From the NCBI GenBank assembly GCA_030167865.1, contig JALAGF010006411.1:1-50699 (forward strand): a DNA stretch of 50,699 nucleotides, read 5' to 3'. Of this stretch, positions 35,330-47,908 are shown one piece after another. The DNA is from Craspedostauros australis. Lineage: Eukaryota. Made by a program: the position numbers and the translations under genes. The notes below the pieces were generated by a model. The model had not been told where the DNA came from, ran no database searches, and worked only from the letters and a program-made list of their open reading frames with translations. How positions within the stretch are numbered: the stretch's first letter is position 1; every line of letters begins with the position of its first letter.

Positions 35330-36709
35330 GGTGGTTCTTACTTCTTCTTGTTATTACTTCTTCTTGTTATTGCTTGCTGTTGCTTCTTGCTTCTTGTTGA
35401 TTGGATTGCTGTTGCTGTTGCAAGACTGGATGGTGGATTCGCACAACTCTCCTTTGCTCTGCTCAGCTGTGGGTTTGGATCGATGTCTGCTTGCGCTGTT
35501 GGAGATGGTGGTGGGGATGTTGATGGTCTGCTGTATCTCTTGATGAGTATCCCACTGTATTGCACTGTATCGCGAAAGATCCAAGGACTGCCCTGCCGAC
35601 AAACAAACTTGTTGTTGCCTCTTCTCGTTGGTATTACTGTGGCTGTGGCCCTGGCTGTCGTGGTAGTAGTTGCTGGCGGTGGTGCGGCGCCTTCCAACTG
35701 TTGGTGTTTGTTTGGTGGCCGTCGTGTGCTGCTTCTTCCACCACCATGGCCAACATGCAACGCGCTTACTTCTTTGTTTGCGGCCACCGTCTCAAACGTG
35801 GTTGACGTGCAGACGATAGCCAGATCTGCGGAGATCCAAATGGGTTATGGGGGTTTGCAGATGAGATACAGTACCACGTATTTCGATCTGAAGTACCAAC
35901 ACTGTAATACTAACGCATACAAACGAGACTATCAAAGCTCTATTTGATTCAAAAATCATGTATAACGTGGAGTAACCGTCGGTACCAACAAACGACAGAA
36001 AGGTCGCTTCTGGTACATCAGGGATAGTTCAATTAAGCTGGAATAAGGCCATAGATAAAAGCAAGATCAATATCAAAACGAACGCGTTATAAGCAATAGA
36101 TCACGCAAAAGGCTATAGCACACTCCACGTTGTTTAGGTGGCGACGCAGAACATAGGGAGACGCCGTTGTTCACTCCGACTCACGAACATGTTTGCGTCT
36201 CGGCATTCGCTTCCAGCCATGATTGCCTGGCGGCACACTTGTGAGTCACTGAACGAGGAACAGATCAAACCGCCCTTTAGCCACCATCGTCGCAATCAGG
36301 TGTTCGTGCGTGCTCACATGTAAACCTTGTGGAGTATCAGGTTCCAGTTCTTGAAATAGCAGCGAAGCACGTGCAAACGATGCTCGGCTACATCGTCGGC
36401 ACCATGTATCACAATCTTCAGTTCTCTCATGTGATGGTGTAGAGTTTGGAGTTTGATTCGTGTACCATACCTGCTCTGTTGGAGAAAACGAATACATCAC
36501 GGCCCAGGCTGCTATGCTGTGTACAAGCATGATGCAATTGCTTTTACTCTCTGCGTTGGTGAAAAATAAATATATTTAAAGCGATAGAGGATGTTCTAGT
36601 TCTAGTGAGGCTTCGTTCAGTGCATGTTGTGCTTCCACTTCTACAGGCTGGCTGCTGATACACGAAGTGCAGCTCCTACTTCTGTGGTGCGCCGAGTCAT
36701 TCACTCTCT

Positions 36710-37759
36710 TCATGACGAAATGCGCGTGAGCACAACAGGATTGGCTCCTGGCGTTGCCGTGATCCTTGCGCTTGTATGCGTGGCAGCAGCGGTGCTGTTG
36801 TCAGTAGTGGTGTAGTTGTTGCTGGTATCCGTGTGACCATCATTGATGCTGATCATGGAGGATTGCTTTGCCAGGAGAGCCATCTTCTGAACGAGCATAT
36901 CAACGTTTGCTTCGTCGTCAGACGATGTTGTTGTCGTTGTCAGTGCAGATTCGCTGAGCGGCGAACGATCGTCTTTCTCCGCCTTCATCGATGGCAATGA
37001 TTGTGAGGGCACCAGTTCTGTCTCTGAAATCGCGATGATCTCAGGATGCAGCAAAGGTGTGCTCGATGGCGATTGCGCTGGTGTCGTCGATTGCGTGTTG
37101 AGTCCAAGAGATGTCTCATCGTTGGTTGGCGCGACAGGCTGCGGTGCCAGCGTGTTCTCTGGTGTGGAGTCGGCTCGCGTGGAAATGATAACGTCGCTGC
37201 CCTTGGAGTCTTCGGGCCATTCCTCTGGTGCGACGCGATGCACGATCATCTCAACAACTTCGTCGGTCTCTGCGTCGCGTACCTGGAACGTGCCCTTCTT
37301 CAGATTGCGCTTCCTCAGCGATTCCAGAGCCATTTGCGTCAGCTTCGATGAGGTGTCGCTCATCGTTCCTCCGTGCTTTCGCACTGGAGCCGCCTTCTTC
37401 GTCGACTTGGAGGCATTGCGCTTGCGTCCTGCCGTGGCTGTGATGGTGTATGCCTGGTACATGACGAACGAGACGATGCAGAAGCCCACGGCGAACCACA
37501 CTCGCATTGGAAGCTTGATGCCTGATGTCGTCGTCAGACGTCTGTTGCTATTCTGTCGCCGTCTCATCTGCTCCTGCTTGCGTTCCTTCCTGCTGCACTT
37601 CTTCCCGTTGCTTCTGTGAGATGATTGATGCTTGGGAGATGGGATGGCTGTTGCGGTTGCCGTGGCTGTGACTGCCACTGTGGCCACTGTTGCTGCTGCT
37701 TTTGCTGATGATGATGTGGTTGATGGGTGAACCACTTGGACTTGAATTGGCTTCGTCAT
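36710..37759 (-). CDS. Hypothetical single-pass (type II-like) membrane protein with a Ser/Thr-rich tail (349 aa)
   Basis: Long ORF with a basic N-terminus, one TM segment (VWFAVGFCIVSFVMYQAY) and a CAA-rich leader upstream. No recognisable domain. Confidence 0.62.
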   Translation of the reverse strand: MTKPIQVQVVHPSTTSSSAKAAATVATVAVTATATATAIPSPKHQSSHRSNGKKCSRKERKQEQMRRRQNSNRRLTTTSGIKLPMRVWFAVGFCIVSFVMYQAYTITATAGRKRNASKSTKKAAPVRKHGGTMSDTSSKLTQMALESLRKRNLKKGTFQVRDAETDEVVEMIVHRVAPEEWPEDSKGSDVIISTRADSTPENTLAPQPVAPTNDETSLGLNTQSTTPAQSPSSTPLLHPEIIAISETELVPSQSLPSMKAEKDDRSPLSESALTTTTTSSDDEANVDMLVQKMALLAKQSSMISINDGHTDTSNNYTTTDNSTAAATHTSARITATPGANPVVLTRISS

Positions 37760-39230
37760 GATGATGTGTGGGGTAATCGTTGTTGTTGCTGTTGTTGCTG
37801 TTGTTGCTGTTGTTGGTGGGTATTCTGATTTTATGAGAGCCAGGAGGAGTTGTGAATTGGTGATGTGAAATGTGTCCTTCTTGCTGTGTATCAGTACGGT
37901 CAGTGCACAGAGCGGAGATGTCTGCGCTTCCGCTGACCAACAAATTCAAATTTGTCCCTGTGACAACATACCCAATCTCTTTGTTTGTCTGCACCGCGCC
38001 GTTTCGCTGCTACTTGCCGTTTCCCAAACTGTGTTTCGAATCAACCCTTGTTGTTTGTTACTGGGACGTTTCACCTGTCAGTCATCGGCCTTCGCGCACA
38101 TTTTTCGCTCCACTAACGGTCGTGCGAGACTTGTGCAGGCAAAGAAACACACATGAAACGAGGCGAAGACGTGCACGTGTTCGTGGATGGCATCAAAACG
38201 CTCTTTCGTTGCGTATTTCTACGTTGCACATAATACACACGATTGTTGCGCGTGCTTCGTATCCCAAGGGTAACTCTCTTGCTCAACACATCTGCGTCCA
38301 GGGTACAATTAAATCGTTCGTTGTCTCACCTTGCCGGTCGGTCACCTGAGAAATTCCAGATGCGCTGTGCAGTTTGCCTTGTCGCTTCTCCGTTGTCACC
38401 CCAAACACAAGGGATGAATGCGCGTTTTGAAAAACACGAAGGTTCTTGGAAGGCGGACGAAGCCCCAACAAGAGTTCACGCACTCTGCTTGTACCCATGC
38501 TGTGCTCACACGAACAGTATCACGTTGCATGATTGTACTTCTGTTGGTATTCGCGCTGTGGAACGCCATGCTTACCGAACAAGTTGTATCACAAGCGACT
38601 GCAGTAACCGCACCCTTTGATATTCCACGTCCAGACACAACTTTCTACCTGTGTTGATGCGCTCTACTGGTCGTAAGGCTAGATGTGCTCCAACAGCAAC
38701 GTACAAGGTGTTGCACGCTCAGACATGCACAGAAAGAACGAACAAACCAACAGACAACTGATTCAACCCGCGAAAGAGAAGAAGGTGACGGGCGGCGGAC
38801 TGCCCAACTCTTGGGTTGCGAGTTAGTCCTGTGAAGCGTTTTAACAAGAATTAAGTTCGCTAAACAAACAATTTTCGTATTTCACCGCACTCTCTCGTCG
38901 TGTCAGATCTTTCGAAAAGGACAAGGCCCAATCATGATTCTTTGTTGTTCACGGTTGCTTTGTGTGCAGAATCGAGGTATTGCATTCGTGGATGACCGAA
39001 CAGGGTCATCAAAGAGAGAGAGAGAAAAGCAAACGGAAGATCGACCACAATGGGGAAGGAACAAAACGAAGGGCGGCATCTGTGGCGCCTCCAACACCAA
39101 CATTGTGGCACCGCAACACCGCTACCAACCCCGCCAACACCAACGCCAAGACAGAGAGGGCAACCGAGCAACACCTCATTCCAACATCATACCAACTGTC
39201 ATCCACATCAAGCTGAAGTCCACTAAAGTG

Positions 39231-39338
39231 CAACAACAGCAACAGCAACAGCAACAACAGCAACAACAGCAACAACAGCAACAGCAACAACAGCAACAGC
39301 AACAACAGCAACAGCAACAGCAACAGCAACAACAGCAA
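39231..39338 (+). repeat. (CAA/CAG)36 trinucleotide repeat
   Basis: 108 nt of uninterrupted CAR triplets, ending 40 nt upstream of the ATG at 39378. Confidence 0.95.
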
Positions 39339-39377
39339 ATATCAAATATAATACAACACAAGCCACAACCAACCACG

Positions 39378-40048
39378 ATGATGTTCCGCAACAACCGATC
39401 CTTCGCCGTCGCCATCTTCGCCTGCATGCTGATGCTGCTGATGGCACCTGCCGTCGATTCACAGAGCGGTCAGCAAGGTCGGCAAGAAGCAGATGCCAGA
39501 CTCTTCATCGCCTCTTCCAAAACATGCACCCAGATTGTGGATCAGTCCAAATTCGAAGGCGACTGCTGTGCCCTCAACGTCACAGATGCCGGGGGCTGCA
39601 TATTGAACGTCGTCAATGGTCGATGCAAGGTGAGTGATGCAGTTGAGCGATGCAGTTGAGCACAATGCTCTGCTCTGCGCGCATATGGAAGTATGATGAG
39701 CAAGCCGCTCATAGAATACTTGTCGTAACTTTCTTCGCGCTCTGTTCTCACTATTTCTGTACAAACCACCCTTTCCTTGCGCTCGCTGCGGATTCGATTG
39801 ACACCATCCGCACTCATCACGCACTTCATCCCAACACAATACAGGTCACCGGCGGCGTTTGGACATTGGAATACATCTCCACATTCGATTCCGGCGGTGC
39901 CACCTGCCCACCGGGTGAAGTTCCATCGGGAGCCATCACGGACTTCCCAACCAGCGCACCAGGTGACGATGGTTCAGCAGCATCGACGAACCACGGGATC
40001 GTTGCCATGCTGGGTGCTGCCATGGCCGGGGCGGCTCTTTCGTTGTAG
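39378..40048 (+). CDS. Small secreted, probably GPI-anchored Cys-containing protein (~151 aa); exons 39378-39629 and 39845-40048
   Basis: Signal peptide (FAVAIFACMLMLLMAPAVDS), phase-0 intron (AAG|GTGAGT ... ACAG|GTC), six Cys in the mature domain, and small residues (GSAAS) followed by a terminal hydrophobic tail GIVAMLGAAMAGAALSL. Confidence 0.8.
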
Positions 40049-40477
40049 GAGCATGTGGTGTGGATAATACTATCCGTATGTGAAGTCGTATGGTGTGCCA
40101 TTCGATAATGCAGCGCAGTGGCAGCAACGAAGCAAACAAGCAGCTATGGCCGATGGAGTCACCCATGCGTTGACACACGCTGCGGACTCAATATTTGAAC
40201 AGATGCATAGTTCAACCACTACTCTACATTAAACGTCATTCATGTTACATATCCACGATGGCCACCCCTTTCTATTCCATTCTGCTGGCATCAAATCATT
40301 ATATGTTTCGATGGAGATGTTCGTTACGTTACGTTGTTGAAGCACTGCTTTACATTATCATGTGTTGTGTGCCGTTCTACTGTACGTATCGACGACTTGA
40401 ATAAAATTGAATCGTCTTATCTCTCTCATTTCCTTTCATGGCAATTACCCATGCCAAATCCTATTTTCATTCCATCA

Positions 40478-43156
40478 TCATCCTGATAACAATTCGTTCA
40501 ATGCTTGATCCATGTTGTTGTCATGCTTCGCCAATGCCGCCACCACCTTGGCGGGATCAAACTCCATCCCCACCAACGTCGCCACCTTCTCATCATCGAC
40601 GCGTGGTCCAGGTGGTTGCGATGGCGGTGGTTGCTGATGATACGACTGTTGCTGCTGCTGCTGCGAATGGGGTGGTAGTTGCTGTGACGATGACGGCTGC
40701 TGCTGCTGCCCGCCACGATTGTTCTCACTCATGCGCTTGGCGAAGGCGGCATCCTCCAGCTCCTGACGATTGCGATCGGCGGTGTCATCATACTCGCAGC
40801 GTTCCATCGTCAATCGCGCGCTGACATCACCCACTTGCTGCTTCAATTTCTCCAATTTGGGAATGACGACGTCGTAGAAATCCTTGCCCTCCTTGAGATG
40901 CTTCGTGAGCTGCTCGATCTCATCCATCGCATCTTCGATCATGGCGATGCAGGAGTCGGAGGCCGAGGCGGGGGAGTTGGGATTCGTGCCGTTCGCGGGA
41001 CCACCGTAGGGTTGCCGCATCGTATGCTGCCGCGCGCGTTGGAAATGCTCGTTCTCCGCAAATATCTTTTGCAGCAGGTCCTTCTGCGTCTCCATATTCT
41101 GCTCCAGATCGTAGAGCACGGGACCTTCCTGGACGGTCTGCTGCGCGGCACGCAGGGCGCTGTGATAATCCTGCTCTGCGCTGGGCGCGGCGGCATCGAC
41201 CGCGACGAGCTGCGAGTGGACGTCGGCCTTGGCAATCTCCTCCTTCAGAGAGGACAGCAGGACGTCTCGTTCGTGAAACAGCGTGGACAATTCGACCAGC
41301 AGGCGCGACAGATGCGACGTGTCGATCGTCGGCTGCTGCGGATGCGCGTTGGCATCCATCCCGCCGCCGTTGATCCCCGGCAGCAGGCGATCCAACTGCG
41401 CCTTCTGAAACTGCAGCAGCTTGTACTTGGGATTCGTGTCGAGTATTTCGAGCCGCCTGAGCAGCACCTGATCACCCTCCTGCGCCGTGACGAGCAGTCG
41501 GTCGTAATTCCCCAACGAATGCCGGAACGTGCGCTGCACCTCCATGGCGTCGTGCCCCTCGAAGTGCGGCTTCTGCTGACGGAAGTGCTGGTCGCATTCC
41601 AGGTCCAAATCCAGCTGCGATTCGATCGTCTTGTAGGTCGTGCGGGCCTGTTCGGCGACGTCGCGCAGTCCCCATAGATCCGATTTGAGCTGCTGCAATT
41701 TTTTGGTCTTCTGTATCGTCTGCACGCGGTCCCACAGCTCGTCGGGGATGCCGCCACCGGACTGCTCCTGGCGGTAGGCCGTGAGGGAATGCGGGAGGTG
41801 CACGGACGCGAGTGCCTTGCGGGCATTCTCTGTGCGCTCCTCCGCGATGGTGGTCATTTGGAAGAAGTACTTGTCCATGTCGTTCTGGAATATGTCGACG
41901 TAGCGACGCACGCTGGGCGCGAGGAGGTTGGCGAACATGGGTTTTGCCGCGAGGGCCTTGGGTCCGCCGCCCAGCACCTTGTCGATGGGCTGATCGACGT
42001 TGACGAGCTTCTCGCCGCGGATCTCTGGCAGTCCGGAGCGGTCCGGTATGGGCTGCTGCTTGGACTTCTTCTTGCCCTCCGCGGCCGCCGCGTTCTTCTC
42101 GTCGTTGTAGTCCTTCATGGCCTGGTCGTAACGCTGCTGCAGGTCGGTGGTGTGGGTCTCGACGGTCTGCTGCAAGGTGAGGAGGTTGGAGGTGACGTTG
42201 GTCTCGCAGAACTCCATGCACAAGGTGCCGAAGCGGATGGATAGATCGAGGCGCGCAATCTCCAGACCATTCTGCTGTCGATCGTGGTGGATGCAGGCCT
42301 GATGATGCTCGGCGCACGAGGACATGTACATGCCCCAGGCCCTGACGTGGTCGGTCCAATTGCGGATCGTGGGCGAGGCGGTGACCATGGCCCGCACGTT
42401 GGCGGCATCCGCAGACGCCAGACGCTCGCATTCATGGAACAAGGGCACGGCCGCGGCGGCGATCTTGGCCAGCAGCAGATGCCTGGGTTTCCGCGCGCAG
42501 GCCAAGGACTCGTAGACGCAGCGCTGCGACATGGCGACCAGCATGGCCTGCCAGAGCTGCAGGAAGGGCGGCTGCAGGTCCGATTGGCTGTGGTGCGGCC
42601 TTGATCGCTGCGTCTGCTGCGTGTGCATGGCCCGCACCAAGGTGGCAGCATTCTGCAGATGCGACGCCGCCTTGCTCCAGCCTGGCTTGCTCTTGAGCGG
42701 CTGCTGCGTGGCCTGGAAGGTGGAGAGGACCGCGAGGTTCCACATGACGTTCCAGCGCTCCCACGCGAGGGAGTGCGAGACGTCCAGCAGCTCGACGTTG
42801 GGCGACGCGATGCCGCCGGCCTGCCAATGCAGCTGCAGCATGGGCGCGCCCTCCGCGTCCGTGACGATGCCGCGATTCTCGCACTCCTGCAGGCAGCAGT
42901 GGTACTCCTGGTGCTCGGCCAACGATTGCAGGGCGTCCGCGTAGGCGTCGTTGGATGGCACGGCGATGCGGCCGCGCAGGTCCTGCAGCCGCTGCAGATC
43001 GGCCCTGCATTCGGCGGCCGTGAACTCCGCGGTGGACTGCGCAGAGCTGTCCAGCCACGACGACAGCATCTGCACGACGTCGTCGGACGCGGAGGGTATC
43101 CTCAGCGGCAGCAGCACGATGGACAGCGGCGAGTCCGCTGTGTCTGCGGTGCTCAT
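40478..43156 (-). CDS. BRO1/ALIX-family ESCRT-associated protein with C-terminal UBA domain (892 aa)
   Basis: BRO1-like LAWERWNVMWNLA and AMSQRCVYE segments, G-EIARL, ALIX V-domain LASVHLPHSL...GIPDELW, and UBA KVATLVGMEFDPAKVVAALAKHDNNMDQALNELL. Confidence 0.87.
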   Translation of the reverse strand: MSTADTADSPLSIVLLPLRIPSASDDVVQMLSSWLDSSAQSTAEFTAAECRADLQRLQDLRGRIAVPSNDAYADALQSLAEHQEYHCCLQECENRGIVTDAEGAPMLQLHWQAGGIASPNVELLDVSHSLAWERWNVMWNLAVLSTFQATQQPLKSKPGWSKAASHLQNAATLVRAMHTQQTQRSRPHHSQSDLQPPFLQLWQAMLVAMSQRCVYESLACARKPRHLLLAKIAAAAVPLFHECERLASADAANVRAMVTASPTIRNWTDHVRAWGMYMSSCAEHHQACIHHDRQQNGLEIARLDLSIRFGTLCMEFCETNVTSNLLTLQQTVETHTTDLQQRYDQAMKDYNDEKNAAAAEGKKKSKQQPIPDRSGLPEIRGEKLVNVDQPIDKVLGGGPKALAAKPMFANLLAPSVRRYVDIFQNDMDKYFFQMTTIAEERTENARKALASVHLPHSLTAYRQEQSGGGIPDELWDRVQTIQKTKKLQQLKSDLWGLRDVAEQARTTYKTIESQLDLDLECDQHFRQQKPHFEGHDAMEVQRTFRHSLGNYDRLLVTAQEGDQVLLRRLEILDTNPKYKLLQFQKAQLDRLLPGINGGGMDANAHPQQPTIDTSHLSRLLVELSTLFHERDVLLSSLKEEIAKADVHSQLVAVDAAAPSAEQDYHSALRAAQQTVQEGPVLYDLEQNMETQKDLLQKIFAENEHFQRARQHTMRQPYGGPANGTNPNSPASASDSCIAMIEDAMDEIEQLTKHLKEGKDFYDVVIPKLEKLKQQVGDVSARLTMERCEYDDTADRNRQELEDAAFAKRMSENNRGGQQQQPSSSQQLPPHSQQQQQQSYHQQPPPSQPPGPRVDDEKVATLVGMEFDPAKVVAALAKHDNNMDQALNELLSG

Positions 43157-46100
43157 GGTGGTCTTTGCGTTCGCTTTCGTGATTCTTCTTGCTTCTGCCG
43201 TTGTATCTACGCTATCTGTGGTGTCTATGCTATCTCTGATATCTGTGGTTGGAGTACTGTTATGAATGGATGCAAACGTCCAGCGTTGCCTTGCCTTGCT
43301 TTGCTATGTGCCGCAATGCGTTCTGAGGCCTCGCCGGAAACGGGAGCAGAGGAAAGGAGAGCGCCACCCAACTCCAGTCCTGTTCTCACTGCGATGGATG
43401 GAGATCTATTGAATCACGCAAGGTCCGCAGCCGTCTCGCTGGTTTGCCCACTGTCTGTGGATCACACTTGCGCCAACCCCGATTCACACCGCTTGGATGG
43501 ATACCCTCCACGATGGGCGGTCCTGTCGCAGAGTATTGTGTTCCAAACGCTCTCCCTCTCTTCTTTTTGTTTGGTTGTTGAGTTGAGTTTAGTTTAGTTT
43601 AGTTGAGTTGAGTTGTTCGCAGTGCGTCCATCGGTACCCACACACACACACATTGTCGACTCGATCCGGGACATTCCCGCCTTTCTCTCGCTTCTCTCTT
43701 GCAACTTCTTCTTGCTGGCGGTCGCACACAGGACAAGGCGAACGATTACATCGTTTGGCTTCGTTGCCTTCTCCAACCAACAACGCGCAGAGCTGTGGGT
43801 GTTTTGCAGCCAAGATCCTCGCGCGAAAACTCTCTGTGCGGTCGCTTGAATCGAAACGGCGTTGCTGTCGCTGTGACATCGATTCCATAAACGACACTGT
43901 CTTGGTGCGACAATCAACAACACCAAGCCAATTCCAATCTATCTATGTCGCACAAAACTAGACATGCGTTCAAGCGAAGGTTGTGTTGTGGGTCGAGTAC
44001 GGCTACTCTGCTAAATTCCCTAGTATGAATATCTGCGTATAATGCCTTGCTGCTGCTGTTTGCTTCCTCTCCTCCAAGGCCACAACTCTTGATGTCTGCT
44101 GTTGTCCCTGCGCATTCGTGGAGCAGTTCATCATTCACGCATCCACAATGTGCGTCGTCTGGGTTTCGGAGCGCCTCCGCGTCGAACGGGTCGTCATCCA
44201 TCTGGAGATCACCGGACTGTCTCGCTTGCTGCTTTGCCTCAGTTGTTGGCGTGTTGTGTTGTGTCTGTGCGTGTGGAATGTACAATGTAGTTGTACTCAG
44301 AGAGTACACATAATTTCATATAATATGTATGAATGCATGCATGAATGGAGTGTTGGGATGCAACTCTGGAGGTCGCGAGAAAGAGAATGCAATTCAGCTT
44401 GATGCCCCACAGGTTGATGACATCGTTTCCGTTCTGTGCGAGGTTCCTGGTTCGTCGCGAACGTCTTCAGACACCAATCCGTGTCACCAATGCCAGAAAA
44501 CATGGTCATCTCTGTGCTTGCAGTGTTCACGACCACACTGCATTGGCAGCTGCTGTCTCAGCTCGACAGGTATTTGCGATCCTACGGGTGCCCTGAAAAA
44601 GCGTGGGCAATTGCCATGGCTTCGGCACCAATCCGCCCTTCATTCCATCTGCTTTGCTTGTTGTCGAATCCGCCCCAGCGGCGTCGATGTTGAATGTTTG
44701 TGCGTCCAATCCGCGACGATCATGACAGAACGAAGGATCCCCGCATCAGCGTCTTGCTTCGGATCTTCAACCCCGTCGGCGTCACGTTGCCGGCGAACAA
44801 CGAGCGGGAGGTGCGAATGCACGAACTGGAGGTTGCCGTCTCGCTGCGTCGGCGATGACGCCTGCGACCCTGCGAGACCCACTCCATGGCCAGACGGTCG
44901 GAAAGCGTTTTCCTCTCGGTGGCCGTGGACGATGATGGCGATGCCAAGGAGCTGATCATGGTGCTGTTGTGCATCGTTGTGTCTGTGTCAGTATCTGCAG
45001 TTGCAGTCGCAATGAATTCTATGTTCTCTCTGGAGTAGTGGAGAAGAGGAGAGCATTTTTAGAATGTGCGAATCGCAATGAGTGTTGAGCCACCGACCAG
45101 GCTGAGGAAGTGTGTGAAAGTGCGTGGCTTTGGTGTCGAAATGTGCGACCGATCGCGGACAAGGGTGCGAACGGTGGGCATTTGGTATGGACGAAAGTGA
45201 GGTCGGAGGCAGTGCGATTCCTTTGTTGTCACAACAAGCTTCGCTTCACTTCGCATGCACGAGCAAACTGTTCTTCGTCACAACGATGACACTCGCGACA
45301 TCCACGACAAGCGCAACATCACCGAACGCAAACACGCAAAAGGAAGCAACACGAACCCAGCACACAGGGGTGCGATTCTCAAATGGGCCATGATGACTTT
45401 CCATTGTATCATGATCATCGTGGCGAGTTGGGTCCATGATCTTTTTGCGCCGTCGATTGTCATCATGGTCGTGGCTGGGGCCGTTGCGATTCGGTTCCTT
45501 GGCGAGGTTCCCAGAAAGAGACATGGAACCTCGGATTTCACAATGATGTGACGAAGGAATATGACCGTTATGGCCTTTTCAATAACGTCAAAAAAACGTC
45601 TTTCCAACACCTGTTCACTCACGTCCGTGTCACAAAGAAAGAAACAGCCGCTGCGACACCGGGTCAGGGTTGTCTCCAGTCAGTCTGTTTGTTTCGGTTG
45701 CGGTGTCTGTCTGCCTGTTCTACATTCATCTTGTGGTAGATGTCAGTCTGTTGTGTAACATTGTATGTCTGTTTGACTTGAAATTGAGGTCTACATATCC
45801 CCCCCAAAAAACGGAGGCAGGTTGAGCAGAGTTGCGTAAGCATGTACGTAGGTCACCACACTCTGCGGGCACGCCTTCTTGTCTATGACAAGTGCAAGAA
45901 GCGGGTCCACTATGCTCTACTCTGCTCGTACTTTATTCTAATGCTATTGTTCAGATGGTACTTATGTTGAGATGTGCGTATGTGGATGTGCATCGTTCAC
46001 CCAATATTCTCTCATACGTACTCGGATGGTAAAACTACATTCGTGTTGATAGTATGCTGTGATTTGTCAAAATCACAGCACAAATGGAACACACGTAAAT

Positions 46101-46685
46101 GAGCAGAATTTCTGGAGGAGATTTGCAATCAACGATTTCTGAGAGTATCAGGAACATCGTCCGTCCATCCATCCATCCATCAATGGAAACGTATGGCATT
46201 GAGCAAAGCTCGATGTACTTCCCAACTATACCTCAAATGACAATATCATCTGCCCGACCATTGCATCATCGATGGAATGTGGAATCAGAAGGACCGTGGA
46301 ACCAACAGCTGATGTCAACAAGATGTCATCATGTCACCACGTCAACATTTGTCTCAACATCAGATCAAGAAGGCAAAGCTTCAATGACCAAGGGGACATC
46401 AATATCGTAAGTATGTGCTGCCTGCGAAGTATATGTCGAGTACGGAATATTGTGTGGAGTGAACATGCAACATTGAGAGAGAGAGAGAGAGAGTACAAGC
46501 AACGGCGAGAGAGGATCTCATGTACAGACTCATAGTCAGACCAACGAGAGACACACCAAGAGGATTGGAGTGTCTACATAATGAAATAGCAAACAGAATC
46601 GTAACAACCATCACCATCTTCCACAGTTGCAAGGTATCCGTTCACGGAACTTGCTAACAAGCCCACCACACCATCCCCAACTACC

Positions 46686-47339
46686 ATGGAATTGCAAGAA
46701 GCAAACATCGCAGCTTTTCTCAAGGTCTCACGTCTGCAGATGGCAACAGCAATCGCCTGTCTCACAAAGCAGATGAAGAATGGCGCAACAACAAAAGGAT
46801 GGTTGAGAAAAGATGGAGGGCGTAGCAATGCAAACCTTGCCAATAGAAAGAAGCAACTTGATATGTAAGACATGCGAAACTACATCGTTTTCTACTTCAG
46901 TTTGGGCGAAATCCGAGCCAAGACGAAATTGATTGCCCACACTTGAGACGTTGACCCCGCCACTGTCAACAGCAACATCAAGAACTTCCAACAGAACAAG
47001 TCCAAACGGAAGAAGCACAGTGACGCTGGCAGCACCATCTTCACAAGCGCCCAGAAACAAAAGGAATACTCCACACCGTGTGCTGCCTTTGCCAAGCAGT
47101 TGAGGCTTAAGCATCCAGGACAATGGTTGGATCCCAATGACATCTCTTCTGCCTTTGCCTCTGCTTCGACTGAAGAGCTGGCATCCGAAAAAGCCCTGTC
47201 TGATTCGTGGTTGGAGCGCGGTCCGTTCCTTCAGTACGAGCTTCAGGATGCGTTGCAACAATGCTGTTATCTCGTTACTGTACACAGCGAAATCACACGA
47301 GTCCTTCAAGAGAGATCAAGTCTTTCAGGACGAGGGTGA
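46686..47339 (+). pseudogene. Degraded ~217-codon ORF with two in-frame stops inside the retroelement nest
   Basis: ORFs 46686-46868 and 47100-47339 share one frame and are joined by protein-like sequence interrupted only by TAA (46866) and TGA (46944). Confidence 0.45.
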
Positions 47340-47466
47340 CAAGCTGGTGAGTGAAGACACTGTTTGGGTTGAGTGACTTCTGGTTCTATGTTATCTTCTT
47401 TGAGTTGTATCTCGTGTTGCTGTCTTCAAGGTCAGCTCTCGGTCATTGCACCTCTGCGATCTTGTT

Positions 47467-47908
47467 CTGATGTGGAGATGACCCATGATGTGGCGATGAT
47501 GTCTTCTGTGTCGACGTCACTCATCACCATTCCATGGCTCTGTCGATTCCACATTCCATTGATGATGCTTGAGGTCGCCGAGTGTGTTGTCATTTCAGGT
47601 TTAGTTGGGAAGTATATCAGGTCGAATTGGACATCACATGTTTGCCGGGTGGTGGCCAGACCNNNNNNNNNNNNNNNNNNNNNNNNNNNNNNNNNNNNNN
47701 NNNNNNNNNNNNCTGATGTGGAGATGACCCATGATGTGGCGATGATGTCTTCTGTGTCGACGTCACTCATCACCATTCCATGGCTCTGTCGATTCCACAT
47801 TCCATTGATGATGCTTGAGGTCGTCGAGTGTGTTGTCATTTCAGGTTTAGTTGGGAAGTATATCAGGTCGAATTGGACATCACATGTTTGCCGGGTGGTG
47901 GCCAGACC
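47467..47908. repeat. 196-bp direct duplication (47467-47662 and 47713-47908) flanking an N gap
   Basis: The copies are near-identical (one C/T difference seen: gtcgccg vs gtcgtcg) and sit either side of the gap. This may be a contig-end overlap or a real tandem copy. Confidence 0.8.

Noticed and set aside
1110..43156. Apparent clustering of ubiquitin-system genes (beta5, RING-UIM, BRO1-UBA)
   Set aside because: They are widely spaced with unrelated genes between them. Such genes are common in eukaryotic genomes, so there is no evidence of a functional cluster.
43900..45000. Short minus-strand ORFs upstream of the BRO1 gene
   Set aside because: No consistent frame, splice model or motif.
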